Source: Nitrospirota bacterium
Lineage (GTDB): Bacteria > Nitrospirota > UBA9217
Reading direction: 5' to 3'
Length of the DNA stretch: 64,000 nt
Assembly (NCBI GenBank): GCA_963740085.1
Contig: CAVUCU010000007.1
Span: 96,001 to 160,000 of the forward strand
A model generated the notes under the pieces. That model was not told where the DNA came from. It did no database searches and saw nothing but the letters and a program-made list of their open reading frames with translations. Shown piece by piece: positions 32,000 to 41,663 of the stretch (position 1 is the stretch's first letter; every line of letters starts with the position of its first letter). The translations under genes were made by a program, and so were the position numbers.

Positions 32000-32596
32000 A
32001 TGCCATCACCGATCGCTAAGGAAGAAAAGCACCGCTCCCGCATCCGGGACATTGCCCGTTTCCAGCAGAAAAACGGCAGGATGCCCAGTTTTTCAGAGCT
32101 CGGCGAGATAACCGGTCTGCGGTCAAAGAACGCGGTATTCAAGCTTGTAGGCAAGCTGGAAAAGCTCAAGGTCGTGGCGCGGGACAAGAAGGGCAGGCTT
32201 ATTCCCGGTTCGATCGCCTGCCCTGTCAAGGTGCTGGGAACGGTCGAGGCAGGCTTCCCCTCTCCCGCGGAAGAAGAGCTGGTTGATACCCTTTCCCTTG
32301 ATGATTTCCTGATCCAGAACCGGGAGGCAACCTTTTTGCTCAAGGTATCCGGCGATTCCATGTCCGGCGCGGGGATACTTGCGGGTGATATGGTCATCGT
32401 GGATAAGGGCCGGACGCCAAAGAGCGGCGATATTGTGATCGCCCAGGTGGACGGTGAGTGGACCATGAAGTACTTACGGAAGCGTGGTGACAACGTGACC
32501 CTCGTAGCCGCAAACCCCAAATACCAGCCCATCAAACCGAAGCGTGAACTCAAGATCTCGGGGGTCGTGACAGCCGTGGTGAGAAAATATAAATAG
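32000..32596 (+). CDS. LexA-like repressor with a UmuD-type S24 peptidase domain
   Basis: N-terminal HTH (MPSFSEL...LRSKNAV), AGFPSPA cleavage region, GDSM Ser, TMK Lys. Confidence 0.9.
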   Translation: MPSPIAKEEKHRSRIRDIARFQQKNGRMPSFSELGEITGLRSKNAVFKLVGKLEKLKVVARDKKGRLIPGSIACPVKVLGTVEAGFPSPAEEELVDTLSLDDFLIQNREATFLLKVSGDSMSGAGILAGDMVIVDKGRTPKSGDIVIAQVDGEWTMKYLRKRGDNVTLVAANPKYQPIKPKRELKISGVVTAVVRKYK

Positions 32597-32617
32597 GGCA
32601 AGGCAAAAATGAATTAG

Positions 32618-32835
32618 TCTCACACGAAGCCACAAAGCCACGAAGAAAGGCGGAACTCGCAAATGTCCATACAACACAAGGATGGAATGACCGAGATGAA
32701 TTTCGGTGAAGGTATGATGAAAGATGGCATATCCCGTATTCTGAACGGACAGGTAACATAGTACGAAAAATCATATCTCACACGAAGCTACAAAGAAAAA
32801 AGCTCCCCTTCGTGGCTTTGTGCCTTTGTGTGAGA
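32618..32835. repeat. 9-nt-periodic inverted-repeat element enclosing a gene remnant
   Basis: TCTCACACGAAGCCACAAAGCCACGAAG ... CTTCGTGGCTTTGTGCCTTTGTGTGAGA. Confidence 0.8.
32663..32761 (+). pseudogene. Internally deleted GxxExxY-family gene
   Basis: MSIQHKDGMTE-MNFGEGMMKDGISRILNGQVT* resembles the N-terminus joined to the NFG...KDGIxRIxNG C-terminus of GxxExxY proteins. Confidence 0.65.
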
Positions 32836-33024
32836 ACGATCTGTTTTTTACGAGGATCAAATTCCGTCTTGCGGAAAATTATGAACGATGTTAAGCTGAA
32901 TGCGGATCGAAGCCGATGACATGCCGATACGGCTGCAGGCTAAAGCAGCACCTCTGGGAAAGCGCATACAGAGAGATGCTTCTTGTCCGAATAAATAAGT
33001 TAGGCTCTACTAAGGAGGAAATGA

Positions 33025-34104
33025 GTGGGCGTTGAGGAGAAAAACAGGAACGAAATCCTTTCCCGGGTAGTTGCCGCTCTCTTTGTGAAATCGAAGGGAG
33101 GGGAAGAGCTGTCATCCAATATCCATCGTCTCCGCGAGGAAATAAAGAAAGTGATCGAAGGTGAGGATACGATATTCGGAAAATTCCGTGGACTCGTGGA
33201 ATCGTTCCGGGACATCATTCCTGAGGAGAAACAGCGTTATCATGCCGCTATCCAGGCATTGTCGACAACTTCGAAGCTAAGCCAGCAAGAGATCGTTAAG
33301 GCCGTCAACAATCAGTTCGAGGAGCTTAAAATACTCGAGAAGGGTTTAATGCCTGCCCTCCCCGGTTGGCGCGACGAGCTTAAGGTCATGGAAACCAGAT
33401 CGCGGGAGATGCGGGACGAGATATCGAAACTGCGTGAAAAAATAGGGCAGCTTGAGAGCGAAGAAAAAGGGATACTCACTGGCATGGCGGCACGGGAAAA
33501 GGAAATGGCGCTCGTCGAGAAGGCAGTGACCGAACTTTTCACGGATTTGGGAGCGGAGATAACCTCTATCAAAAAAAAGGTTGAGGAATTTACTGCTGAA
33601 AGTGCGGCCTCTCAGCCAATCCCGGCCAAGGATTCTATGAAAAGTGATATTCCCCGCGAGGAAAAGGGAAGCGGCGAGCGGAAAAGCGAGATCCCCGAGT
33701 CTCCAGCACCGCAGGGTGCGGAATGGCAGAAAAAATGCCCTATGTGCGGGGGGCGAATGGACTTCTACAGTCAGGAGGAAATGTGGCAGTGTTATTCCTG
33801 CGCATACGAAGAACTAAAAAAGGATGAAGCTCCGGGTGAAAGCGAAGAGAAAAGTGAGCCTGCGAACGCACCTCAACCCGCTCCGGCTTCGAAGCCGGGT
33901 TCCGGTCCATCTCCGCGCCGTGCCGTCCATATGGGATCCCTGTCTTCCGACGAAAACCAGGAACCAAGAGAGGAATCATCACTGTCCATTAACCAGCCAT
34001 CGTCCAAAAAAAAGACCTGTCCGGTCTGCCGTAAAAAGATGGATTGGCACCAGAAGGAGAAGGCCTGGCGGTGCCCCTTCTGCGACTACGAGAGAAGTAT
34101 CTAA
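33025..34104 (+). CDS. Hypothetical protein: coiled coil plus two Zn-ribbon motifs
   Basis: CPMC...WQCYSC and CPVC...WRCPFC; AAGGAGG RBS. Confidence 0.75.
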   Translation: MGVEEKNRNEILSRVVAALFVKSKGGEELSSNIHRLREEIKKVIEGEDTIFGKFRGLVESFRDIIPEEKQRYHAAIQALSTTSKLSQQEIVKAVNNQFEELKILEKGLMPALPGWRDELKVMETRSREMRDEISKLREKIGQLESEEKGILTGMAAREKEMALVEKAVTELFTDLGAEITSIKKKVEEFTAESAASQPIPAKDSMKSDIPREEKGSGERKSEIPESPAPQGAEWQKKCPMCGGRMDFYSQEEMWQCYSCAYEELKKDEAPGESEEKSEPANAPQPAPASKPGSGPSPRRAVHMGSLSSDENQEPREESSLSINQPSSKKKTCPVCRKKMDWHQKEKAWRCPFCDYERSI

Positions 34105-34115
34105 GAGGGCGCATC

Positions 34116-34937
34116 ATGTCTGAAATCTTCGGTTTCGATGCATTCTCCCCTAAAGAAATCGCTGCGCGGGTCCAAACAATCGGCGTGGTCAAGGCTCGCC
34201 TGCCGCTAATTCCCATGCTGATGCTGAGTGTGCTGGCCGGAGCCTTTATCGCCCTGGGTGCGCTCTACTTTGTGATTGTCAAATCTGACCCCTCCTTGGG
34301 CTTTGCCGCCAAACAGGTGCTCGGCGGCGTGACCTTCTCTTTGGGGTTGATTCTCGTGGTCGTCGCAGGTGCGGAGTTATTCACGGGAAATAATCTGCTG
34401 GCGATGGCCTGGGCTGATGGAAAGATTTCCACCCTCGAGCTGCTGCAGAACTGGGCAATTGTTTGCGTCGGCAATTTTATTGGCGCAGCCGGACTTGCGC
34501 TCTTGGTTTTTCTCTCCCATCACCCTGAAATGAACAATGGCGAAATTGCACAAGAGTATCTCAGGATTGCCTCAGCCAAGGTCGCCATGCCGTTCTGGAC
34601 GGCCTTCTTTAAGGGCATCCTCTGTAATGTCCTGGTGTGCATAGCGGTATGGATGGCGCTTGCCGGACGAAGCGTTATCGATAAGGCTGTGGCAATTATA
34701 TTTCCCGTGTCTGCTTTCGTTGCGGCAGGCTTCGAACATAGCGTCGCCAATATGTTCTTTATCCCGCTCGCGATGCTGCTGCAGAACTTCGACAACATAG
34801 GAGTGAACTCCAATACCATTACCTGGGTTGGTTTCTTCGGAAATCTGGTGCCGGTAATACTGGGTAATATTGTCGGCGGCAGCGTTCTGGTTGGATTAGT
34901 GTACCACCTCATCTACCGGCAAAAGCGGCATACATAA
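34116..34937 (+). CDS. Formate/nitrite transporter (FNT family)
   Basis: GAELFTGN, GILCNVLVC, GFEHSVANM, LGNIVGG. Confidence 0.94.
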   Translation: MSEIFGFDAFSPKEIAARVQTIGVVKARLPLIPMLMLSVLAGAFIALGALYFVIVKSDPSLGFAAKQVLGGVTFSLGLILVVVAGAELFTGNNLLAMAWADGKISTLELLQNWAIVCVGNFIGAAGLALLVFLSHHPEMNNGEIAQEYLRIASAKVAMPFWTAFFKGILCNVLVCIAVWMALAGRSVIDKAVAIIFPVSAFVAAGFEHSVANMFFIPLAMLLQNFDNIGVNSNTITWVGFFGNLVPVILGNIVGGSVLVGLVYHLIYRQKRHT

Positions 34938-35078
34938 ACACATAAAATTCCCGACCCGAAGGAACCTATAGGGCCTTTCTCCCTGAGTATACCCTGTTTG
35001 AGTTGCTGGAGGAGGGAATGCAACGAAAAATACCCGGCCCCAAAGACTCCTGCTCGGATTGTTCTAAACTCTGGCGCA

Positions 35079-35735
35079 ATGATGAAAAATAAAGCGGTCA
35101 TCTTTGATCTTGACGGTACACTGCTCGATACGCTTGAAGATATCGCATATGCGGCCAATCGGGTTCTGGCTTCGAGGGGTTTGCCTATCCGTCCGCTGGA
35201 TGTCCACAGGGCCGCAATCGGAAACGGGGCCCGCCAGTTGATGGAACGTGTGTTGCCGGAAGGCAACCGCGATCCGAAGACGATCGAGGAATGTTTCGCG
35301 GCTTTCCGTAAAGAGTACGGAGAACATTGGAACGTCAAAACCAAACCCTATCCCGGCGTACCGGAAACGCTGGATGCCTTACAAGCACGCGGATTGAAGA
35401 TGGCCGTCTTGTCCAACAAGCCGGCTGATTTTACGCGTAAATGTGTATATGGAATTCTATCGAAATGGAAGTTCGATCCTGTGGTTGGTGCAGAGCGTGG
35501 AATTCCGAGCAAACCAGATCCTGCCGGGGCCCTTGATATCGCCAAACGCCTTGGTATTTCGCCGGAAGAATTCGTCTATCTTGGTGACAGCGGAGTTGAC
35601 ATGAAAACGGCAACCGCGGCAGGCATGTTCGCCGTAGGAGCATTGTGGGGGTTTCGAAGTCGTGAAGAGTTACAACAAGAAGGGGCAAAGGTATTGCTGG
35701 AACGTCCTCAGGATATTATAAATTTGTTCGAGTGA
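35079..35735 (+). CDS. HAD phosphatase (phosphoglycolate phosphatase-like)
   Basis: FDLDGTL, KPDP, GDSGVD. Confidence 0.92.
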   Translation: MMKNKAVIFDLDGTLLDTLEDIAYAANRVLASRGLPIRPLDVHRAAIGNGARQLMERVLPEGNRDPKTIEECFAAFRKEYGEHWNVKTKPYPGVPETLDALQARGLKMAVLSNKPADFTRKCVYGILSKWKFDPVVGAERGIPSKPDPAGALDIAKRLGISPEEFVYLGDSGVDMKTATAAGMFAVGALWGFRSREELQQEGAKVLLERPQDIINLFE

Positions 35736-35829
35736 GGGTGAAAAGACCACGATCTATTGTACTTTTTTCGCCCTCCGTCTCCGCGTCCCCCCGTCACCGT
35801 GTCGGGTTTATCATCTATCGGAGTTGTTT

Positions 35830-37143
35830 ATGACCGACCAATTCATATCCCTCTCCTCCTGGCCGCAGGCGATCATGCATATCGACGCCGACGCCTTTTT
35901 TGCCTCCTGTGAGCAGGCGATCCATCCGGAACTTAAAGGGAGGCCGGTGATCTGCGGCAAGGAGCGCGGCATTGTCGCCGCCGCGAGCTATGAGGCAAAG
36001 GCCCGGGGAGTCACTCGCGGGGTGCGGCTTTCGGACGTGAAGAAGATCTGTCCCGATGCGGTCATTCTTCCGTCCGATTATGAGACCTACAGTCTCTTTT
36101 CCGTTCGCATGTTCGAGATCCTGCGGCGCTTTTCACCTGATGTCGAGGAGTACTCTATTGATGAGGCCTTTGTCGATCTGACCGGCCTGAGACGAAGCTA
36201 TCATGGCCCGTATGAAGTGATCGCCGAAAAAATGCGAACAGCGATCGAGACAGAGCTGGGGATCACCGTATCGGCCGGGGTAAGCCTTTCCAAGGTCCTG
36301 GCCAAGATCGGATCAAAGCACAATAAACCGAACGGTCTCACCATGATCCCGGGGAGAGATATTCATCGTTATCTGGAGAAACTGCCTGTCGAAAAGGTCT
36401 GGGGCATAGGGGCGAACACGGCGGCATTTCTGAGAAAGCACGGGATCACAACCGCTTTGCAGTTCACAAAAAAGGACGAGGGCTTCATAAAGAAGTTTCT
36501 GTCAAAACCCTACCAGGAGATCTGGCACGAGTTGAACGGCAGGAGCGTGTACCCGGTCACCACGGAGACAAAGAACAGCTACCAGTCGATAAGCAAGGCC
36601 AGGACCTTTACGCCGCCGTCCATGGATGAGGGTTTTGTATTTGCCCAGCTCTCCAAGAACCTGGAAAACGCATGCATCAAGGCAAGGAGGTACCGGCTGG
36701 CGGCCGCGCGGATCATTGTGTTCCTCAGGAAGCAGGATTTTACGAGCAGTGGAGTGGAAATTAAGCTGACCCGGCCTACCGCGTACCCGGTGGAACTGTT
36801 CGGGCTCCTGCGCCAGGGCTTTGAGCAGGTATTCGAATCCCGGGCCTTATACCGTCAGACAGGGGTCGTTCTTTCCGGCCTGGTCGCGGAGGGCGGGATC
36901 CAGTTCAGCCTTTTCGATGATACGACAAAGATAGAGAAGATGGCCAGGATCTACAGCGTCGTTGATGAGATCTCGGCGAAGTACGGAAAGCACACCATTC
37001 AGCACGCAGCGAGCCTGCCGACGAAGCTCCAGGCCCAGCACGAGGGAGAGCGGGGTGATGTCCCGGTAAGAAGAGCGGACCTGTTCAAAGGTGAGACCAG
37101 GCGACAGCGGCTGGGACTGCCCTTACTGCATATGAAGGTGTAA
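35830..37143 (+). CDS. Y-family DNA polymerase (DinB/UmuC-like)
   Basis: HIDADAFFASCE, YSIDEAF, VWGIG, QFSLF clamp-binding-like motif. Confidence 0.93.
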   Translation: MTDQFISLSSWPQAIMHIDADAFFASCEQAIHPELKGRPVICGKERGIVAAASYEAKARGVTRGVRLSDVKKICPDAVILPSDYETYSLFSVRMFEILRRFSPDVEEYSIDEAFVDLTGLRRSYHGPYEVIAEKMRTAIETELGITVSAGVSLSKVLAKIGSKHNKPNGLTMIPGRDIHRYLEKLPVEKVWGIGANTAAFLRKHGITTALQFTKKDEGFIKKFLSKPYQEIWHELNGRSVYPVTTETKNSYQSISKARTFTPPSMDEGFVFAQLSKNLENACIKARRYRLAAARIIVFLRKQDFTSSGVEIKLTRPTAYPVELFGLLRQGFEQVFESRALYRQTGVVLSGLVAEGGIQFSLFDDTTKIEKMARIYSVVDEISAKYGKHTIQHAASLPTKLQAQHEGERGDVPVRRADLFKGETRRQRLGLPLLHMKV

Positions 37144-37363
37144 CCGCTGCGCACGGCCGGTCCCCGGACATATCTGACACAGAAGCTGACACCCTTCACC
37201 CTGGAAAAGGCACTTGGACACGGAAGGGGCGGATTAAGATATGATAAAAGCGGATGAAAATCAAAAGAAGGAATTCAACCGGGGGGTGAAATATAATCCA
37301 AAGAAAAAAATCCGATTCTATCCGGTCCTTATCCGATTTGATCCGTGGCACCTCTGTTGTCAG

Positions 37364-37419
37364 GTTCCCCCTCTCCCTGTCAGAGTGAATGCGTGGCTGA
37401 GATGAAAAGGCAAGGATAG
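37364..37419 (+). repeat. Decayed duplicate of the rlmD 3' end
   Basis: 40/55 nt identical to 29708-29762 plus a 1-nt insertion; ECVAEM and the stop position are conserved. Confidence 0.8.
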
Positions 37420-37441
37420 ATCAGCACAACAACTTCAGGCA

Positions 37442-38833
37442 TTATTTGTCGGGCCGGGTCTTTTTTTTCTTCTTTTTAACGAGGGTCGCTTTTTTTTCCG
37501 CCGGCGCGGCTCGCTTTTTATCCGGTTTAACTGCTCGCGGCGACGATGATGGTACGAACAGGGTCGTCGTGACCGAGGAGCTGACCAACGATGGTACGGG
37601 TACAGGAGAAGTCAAGCTCAACGATGAGCCGGCAGTGTCTTGCAGGAGCAGGGGCGCAGAATGAGTCAATCTAAGCGATGAACCCGGAGCATCCTGCTGG
37701 AGCGTTGTCTCCGGAGAGGTCGGTGTAATTGCCGTAGTTACAAGAGGCTGACTTACCAGGAAATTCGTCATCGATTGCTTTGCAGGAACAACGGTTTGAC
37801 GAGGGAGGGTTTCTTTGGTCGATTTCGCCTGGTAGTGATAGAGCGTGGCTCCGGCAATAAGGAGAAGCACCGCCGAGGCAACGAGGGCACTCCTGAGCCA
37901 TCCTCCACTCGTCGGCCTGCTGTTGATGATCCCGGCTTCCTGCTCCGGCATCGAGTCCAGGATATTCCGCGAGACGAGGTAGTCTGCAATGCGGCGAAGC
38001 GAGGCCGCCTTCGTGGTCCTGCCCGCAAGATATCTTCCCAGTTTTCTCTCGACCTCCAGCATTGAGCCGTAGCGCTGGTGTGGTTTTTTTCTGAGACACT
38101 TCTTGATGAGCCGCTGAAGTCGCCACGGAATTTCTTTGTTGACGCGGCGCGGAGCAAGGAACTTGTCTTTCAAGATCTTAACAGTGACCGAACGGGCATC
38201 CTCATCGCTAAAGGGCTTGACACCGGTAAACATCTCGTACAATACGACGCCGAAGGAAAAGATGTCCGATCGTACATCAAGCTGCTGACCGAGGATCTGC
38301 TCGGGTGACATATAGGCGGGCGTCCCGATGAGCGTGCCGGGCAAGGTCAGGGCCTCAAGGTTCCTGGTATGAGCGATGCCGAAATCCATGAGCTTGACCT
38401 CGCCGTTCCTCTTGATCATTATATTGCTCGGTTTGATGTCGCGGTGGATGAACCCGCGCATATGCGCATAATCCAGGGCATTGCTGACCTGAATGGCGAT
38501 CATGATCCCCACATCGACCGGCAGGGCCCCGATCTTCCCGATCACGTCGGCAAAGTTGGCGCCGTCAACGTATTCCATAACGATGCTGTAGGTCGGTTTG
38601 TTCCAGTAATCGTAGATGTGAACGATATTCTCGTGCTGGAGCGAAGCAGCAACCCTGCTTTCGCGCTCGAACCGCTTGACGATCTGGACATCAGCATGAT
38701 AGGCCTTCTTCAGTTCCTTGATGGCCACCGGCCGGCCAAGGGACTTCTGGACGGCCTTATACACTGTGGCCATGCCCCCGGCGCCGATCTCGCCCACGAC
38801 TTCATATTCATCTTTTATCTGTTGTCTCGGCAT
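37442..38833 (-). CDS. Membrane Ser/Thr protein kinase (Hanks type)
   Basis: GAGGMATV, VAIK, HRDIKPSN, DFG, GTPAYMSPE, TM, Ser/Thr/Pro-rich tail. Confidence 0.94.
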   Translation of the reverse strand: MPRQQIKDEYEVVGEIGAGGMATVYKAVQKSLGRPVAIKELKKAYHADVQIVKRFERESRVAASLQHENIVHIYDYWNKPTYSIVMEYVDGANFADVIGKIGALPVDVGIMIAIQVSNALDYAHMRGFIHRDIKPSNIMIKRNGEVKLMDFGIAHTRNLEALTLPGTLIGTPAYMSPEQILGQQLDVRSDIFSFGVVLYEMFTGVKPFSDEDARSVTVKILKDKFLAPRRVNKEIPWRLQRLIKKCLRKKPHQRYGSMLEVERKLGRYLAGRTTKAASLRRIADYLVSRNILDSMPEQEAGIINSRPTSGGWLRSALVASAVLLLIAGATLYHYQAKSTKETLPRQTVVPAKQSMTNFLVSQPLVTTAITPTSPETTLQQDAPGSSLRLTHSAPLLLQDTAGSSLSLTSPVPVPSLVSSSVTTTLFVPSSSPRAVKPDKKRAAPAEKKATLVKKKKKKTRPDK

Positions 38834-38844
38834 AACGATATCCT

Positions 38845-38983
38845 TATCCGGACAAGCCGGAACCAAATATGCCACAAAGACACGAAGGCACAAAGAAATT
38901 CATACAGAGGTTTGTGATTTACCGAGTCCCTAATTCTTCGTGTTCTCTTTGAAGCTTGGAGCCTTCGCGGCTGAATTTTGTTT
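38845..38983. repeat. MITE-like palindromic element, copy A
   Basis: CCGGACAAGCCGGAACCAAATATGCCACAAAGACACGAAG...GGCTGAATTTTGTTT, homologous to 49971-50177. Confidence 0.75.
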
Positions 38984-39011
38984 TATTTTAAGAAGATTGA
39001 TTTGTAACTGT

Positions 39012-39773
39012 CTAAACCTCCGTCACCCAAACCACGACCGCCGTGATATTGTCAATGCCCCCGCCGTCGTTTGCCGCGGCCAGCAGCTTGTGTACAGCGT
39101 CGCGGGGTCCCGTTGTTGACAGGAGACCGATGATCTCTGCATCATCAACCATTCCCGTCAGGCCGTCGGTGCACAGGAGCAGCCGGTCCTCCCGCTGCAG
39201 CGCGAGCGAGGTGATGTCCGCCTTCACCTCTTCATCGATGCCCAGGGCCCGGGTGATCACATGTCGGTAAGGACTCGTCCTCGCCTGCTCGGGCGTAAGT
39301 GCGCCGGCGCGGAGCTGCTCTGCCACGAAAGAATGGTCATTCGTCAGCTGCGTGAGCTTCCCGGACCGGAGGAGATAAGCACGGCTGTCACCGATATGAG
39401 CAATAAACATGCGGCCCTTCCGGAGCAGAAGTGCGGTAAGCGTGGTTGCCATACCTGCGAGCCCCGGATTGTGAGTGTGTACCGCGCGAATAGTACGGTT
39501 CGCGAGGTTGAGCGCATTCGTAAGCGCCATGGTTTCGGGATCTGCTCTGGACGTCACTCCTGCCGGAGGAGTCCTGTCCTTTTCTCCGAGCAGGTCCGGC
39601 ATGGAAGCCGCGAGTGTCTCAACGGCCATGCGGCTCGCGACCTCTCCTCCCTCGTTCCCCCCCACCCCGTCCGCAACAGCATAGAGGCAGAATTCGTCGT
39701 TCAGCAGATACGCGTCTTCGTTATTGGTTCTCTTTTTACCGGTATCGGTCCCGCCGAAGGAGGCTATCTTCAT
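39012..39773 (-). CDS. PP2C/PPM Ser/Thr phosphatase
   Basis: NED, ADGVGG, GDSRAY, CTDGL, GGIDNIT. Confidence 0.94.
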   Translation of the reverse strand: MKIASFGGTDTGKKRTNNEDAYLLNDEFCLYAVADGVGGNEGGEVASRMAVETLAASMPDLLGEKDRTPPAGVTSRADPETMALTNALNLANRTIRAVHTHNPGLAGMATTLTALLLRKGRMFIAHIGDSRAYLLRSGKLTQLTNDHSFVAEQLRAGALTPEQARTSPYRHVITRALGIDEEVKADITSLALQREDRLLLCTDGLTGMVDDAEIIGLLSTTGPRDAVHKLLAAANDGGGIDNITAVVVWVTEV

Positions 39774-40187
39774 TTACCCGATCTCGTATGTCCGGCTCTT
39801 ACCAATGTCTTCGAGTATAAACTGGAGAACAGTATCTCCAACGCTGAATTTATCGCCATGGTGCAAGGTGGTCTCTTTGATGAGCGTCCCACTCATCCGC
39901 GTACCGTTCGTACTCTCCATGTCTCTGAGCCGGTAATTTCCTTCACCATACTCGATGGCCGCATGCTGACGCGAGACCTGGGCGTCCTTCAGGGCAATGT
40001 CGGCGCCCGCATCCCTGCCGATCACCGTGTTCTCCTTGGTGATCAGGAATTCCATGCCCTCCCCGTATCCCTTTATGATAACCACGGAGGCTTGAAACCT
40101 TTCTGGTATTTTTTTCAACGGCTGAGATTGCTTCTTTATTTGGGTCTTGTCATTCCCGGATCTCGATCCTGTCATCTTCCCCTCCAA
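39774..40187 (-). CDS. Stand-alone FHA domain protein
   Basis: IGR...VSRQHA...STNGT. Confidence 0.92.
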   Translation of the reverse strand: MEGKMTGSRSGNDKTQIKKQSQPLKKIPERFQASVVIIKGYGEGMEFLITKENTVIGRDAGADIALKDAQVSRQHAAIEYGEGNYRLRDMESTNGTRMSGTLIKETTLHHGDKFSVGDTVLQFILEDIGKSRTYEIG

Positions 40188-40295
40188 CGTGACGTCATCA
40201 GCCTTCGAATATGATAGGGCAAACCCGGGAATACGTCAAGACCAAACCCGGTTTTAAGGATTATCATTCCCTTCGCATTGTGATACAATGTCCCC

Positions 40296-41645
40296 ATGAA
40301 AAAGAAGGACCAGGAAAATTCACCATCGCGGCGGACAACGAGCGACCAGACCAGGGCCCTGACCGGCCTGATCCGGAAGCCGCTTGTTCTGAAAAAAGCC
40401 CGCTTCGTGGTGAACCGTGGTCAGGACGAAGGCAAAGAGATGGTGCTCCAGGACCCCCGCGTCACGATCGGAACTCTCCGGGAGAACAATCTCGTGCTTA
40501 CCGACACCACGGTTTCGCGCCAGCACGCCATCGTGGAGGAAACGGCGAAGGGCTACCTGCTCCGCGATCTCGACAGTACCAACGGCACCTTCCTCAACGG
40601 CGTGCGCGTCCGCGAGGGATATCTAGCAGCCGGCTCCCTCATCCGTCTGGGACAGACCGAGCTGACCTTCTCGCCCCTGGAAGAGCATCTCGAGAACCTT
40701 CGCAGCTCAGCGGACCGCTTCGGCGCGCTTATCGGTTCCTCTCCTCCCATGCAGGAGGTCTACGGTATTCTCGAGCGCATCGCACCGACGGACGTCACGG
40801 TCCTTCTGGAAGGCGAGACCGGCACCGGCAAGGAGCTTGCCGCCCGTGCAATCCACGCCAACAGCCGAAGGGCCGACAGCCCTTTTATCGTGTTCGACTG
40901 CGGCGCTGTAGCGCCGAACCTCATCGAGAGCGAACTGTTCGGCCACGAGAAGGGCGCGTTCACCGATGCGGTCAAAGACCGTCAGGGTGCGTTCGAACTC
41001 GCGGACAAAGGCACCATCTTTCTTGACGAGATCGGGGAACTCTCCCTCGACCTCCAGCCGAAGCTCCTCCGCGCGCTGGACCAGCGCCAGACCAAGCGGG
41101 TGGGGGCCGACAAACCGGTCTCGATACACGTCCGGGTCATCTCCGCGACCAACAAGGACCTTGAAGAAGAAGTCAAGGCCGGACGATTCCGCGAGGACCT
41201 CTACTACCGCCTCTCGGTAGTGCGCGTAACCATGCCCCCGCTTCGGAAGAGGAAGGAAGACCTCGAAACCATCGCAGGGCTTTTGCTCGCGGAAATATCC
41301 GCGGAGATCAACAGGAAGATCACGGGCCTTTCTGCCGAGGCCTCTGCGGCGCTTGCCGCATATTCCTGGCCCGGCAATGTGCGCGAGCTCAAGAATGTCC
41401 TTGGGCGGGCCGCGGCGCTCTCCGACAGCGGGCGGATCGAGCCAAAGGACCTGTTCCTCTCCCAGGGGAAGAAGAACGTCACCCTCGAAGGTCTGAGCGG
41501 CAAAACACTGGAAGAGATCGAAAAGGCCGCTATCCATGCCACGCTCAAGTCAGTGAGCAACAATAAGACCGAGGCCGCCAGGGTGCTCGGCATCGCCTAT
41601 TCAACGCTGTACGAAAAGATGAAGAAGTACAGGATGAAGGAATAA
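40296..41645 (+). CDS. FHA-domain sigma54-dependent enhancer-binding protein
   Basis: FHA (VSRQHA, STNGT), [29 protein letters not shown], Fis-type HTH. Confidence 0.94.
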   Translation: MKKKDQENSPSRRTTSDQTRALTGLIRKPLVLKKARFVVNRGQDEGKEMVLQDPRVTIGTLRENNLVLTDTTVSRQHAIVEETAKGYLLRDLDSTNGTFLNGVRVREGYLAAGSLIRLGQTELTFSPLEEHLENLRSSADRFGALIGSSPPMQEVYGILERIAPTDVTVLLEGETGTGKELAARAIHANSRRADSPFIVFDCGAVAPNLIESELFGHEKGAFTDAVKDRQGAFELADKGTIFLDEIGELSLDLQPKLLRALDQRQTKRVGADKPVSIHVRVISATNKDLEEEVKAGRFREDLYYRLSVVRVTMPPLRKRKEDLETIAGLLLAEISAEINRKITGLSAEASAALAAYSWPGNVRELKNVLGRAAALSDSGRIEPKDLFLSQGKKNVTLEGLSGKTLEEIEKAAIHATLKSVSNNKTEAARVLGIAYSTLYEKMKKYRMKE

Positions 41646-41663
41646 CATTATAACAAGAGGTAA

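Larger units (their letters stand above)
29763..37419. mobile_element. Putative genomic island at the rlmD 3' end (no integrase)
   Basis: A decayed copy of the last 18 codons of rlmD (29708-29762) recurs at 37364-37419; cargo between is accessory. Confidence 0.7.

Noticed and set aside
40215-40256. c-di-GMP-I riboswitch (GGCAAACC-like start)
   Set aside because: Lacks the GNRA loop and the GACGCAAA segment; looks like a repeated AAACCCGGG motif in a divergent promoter
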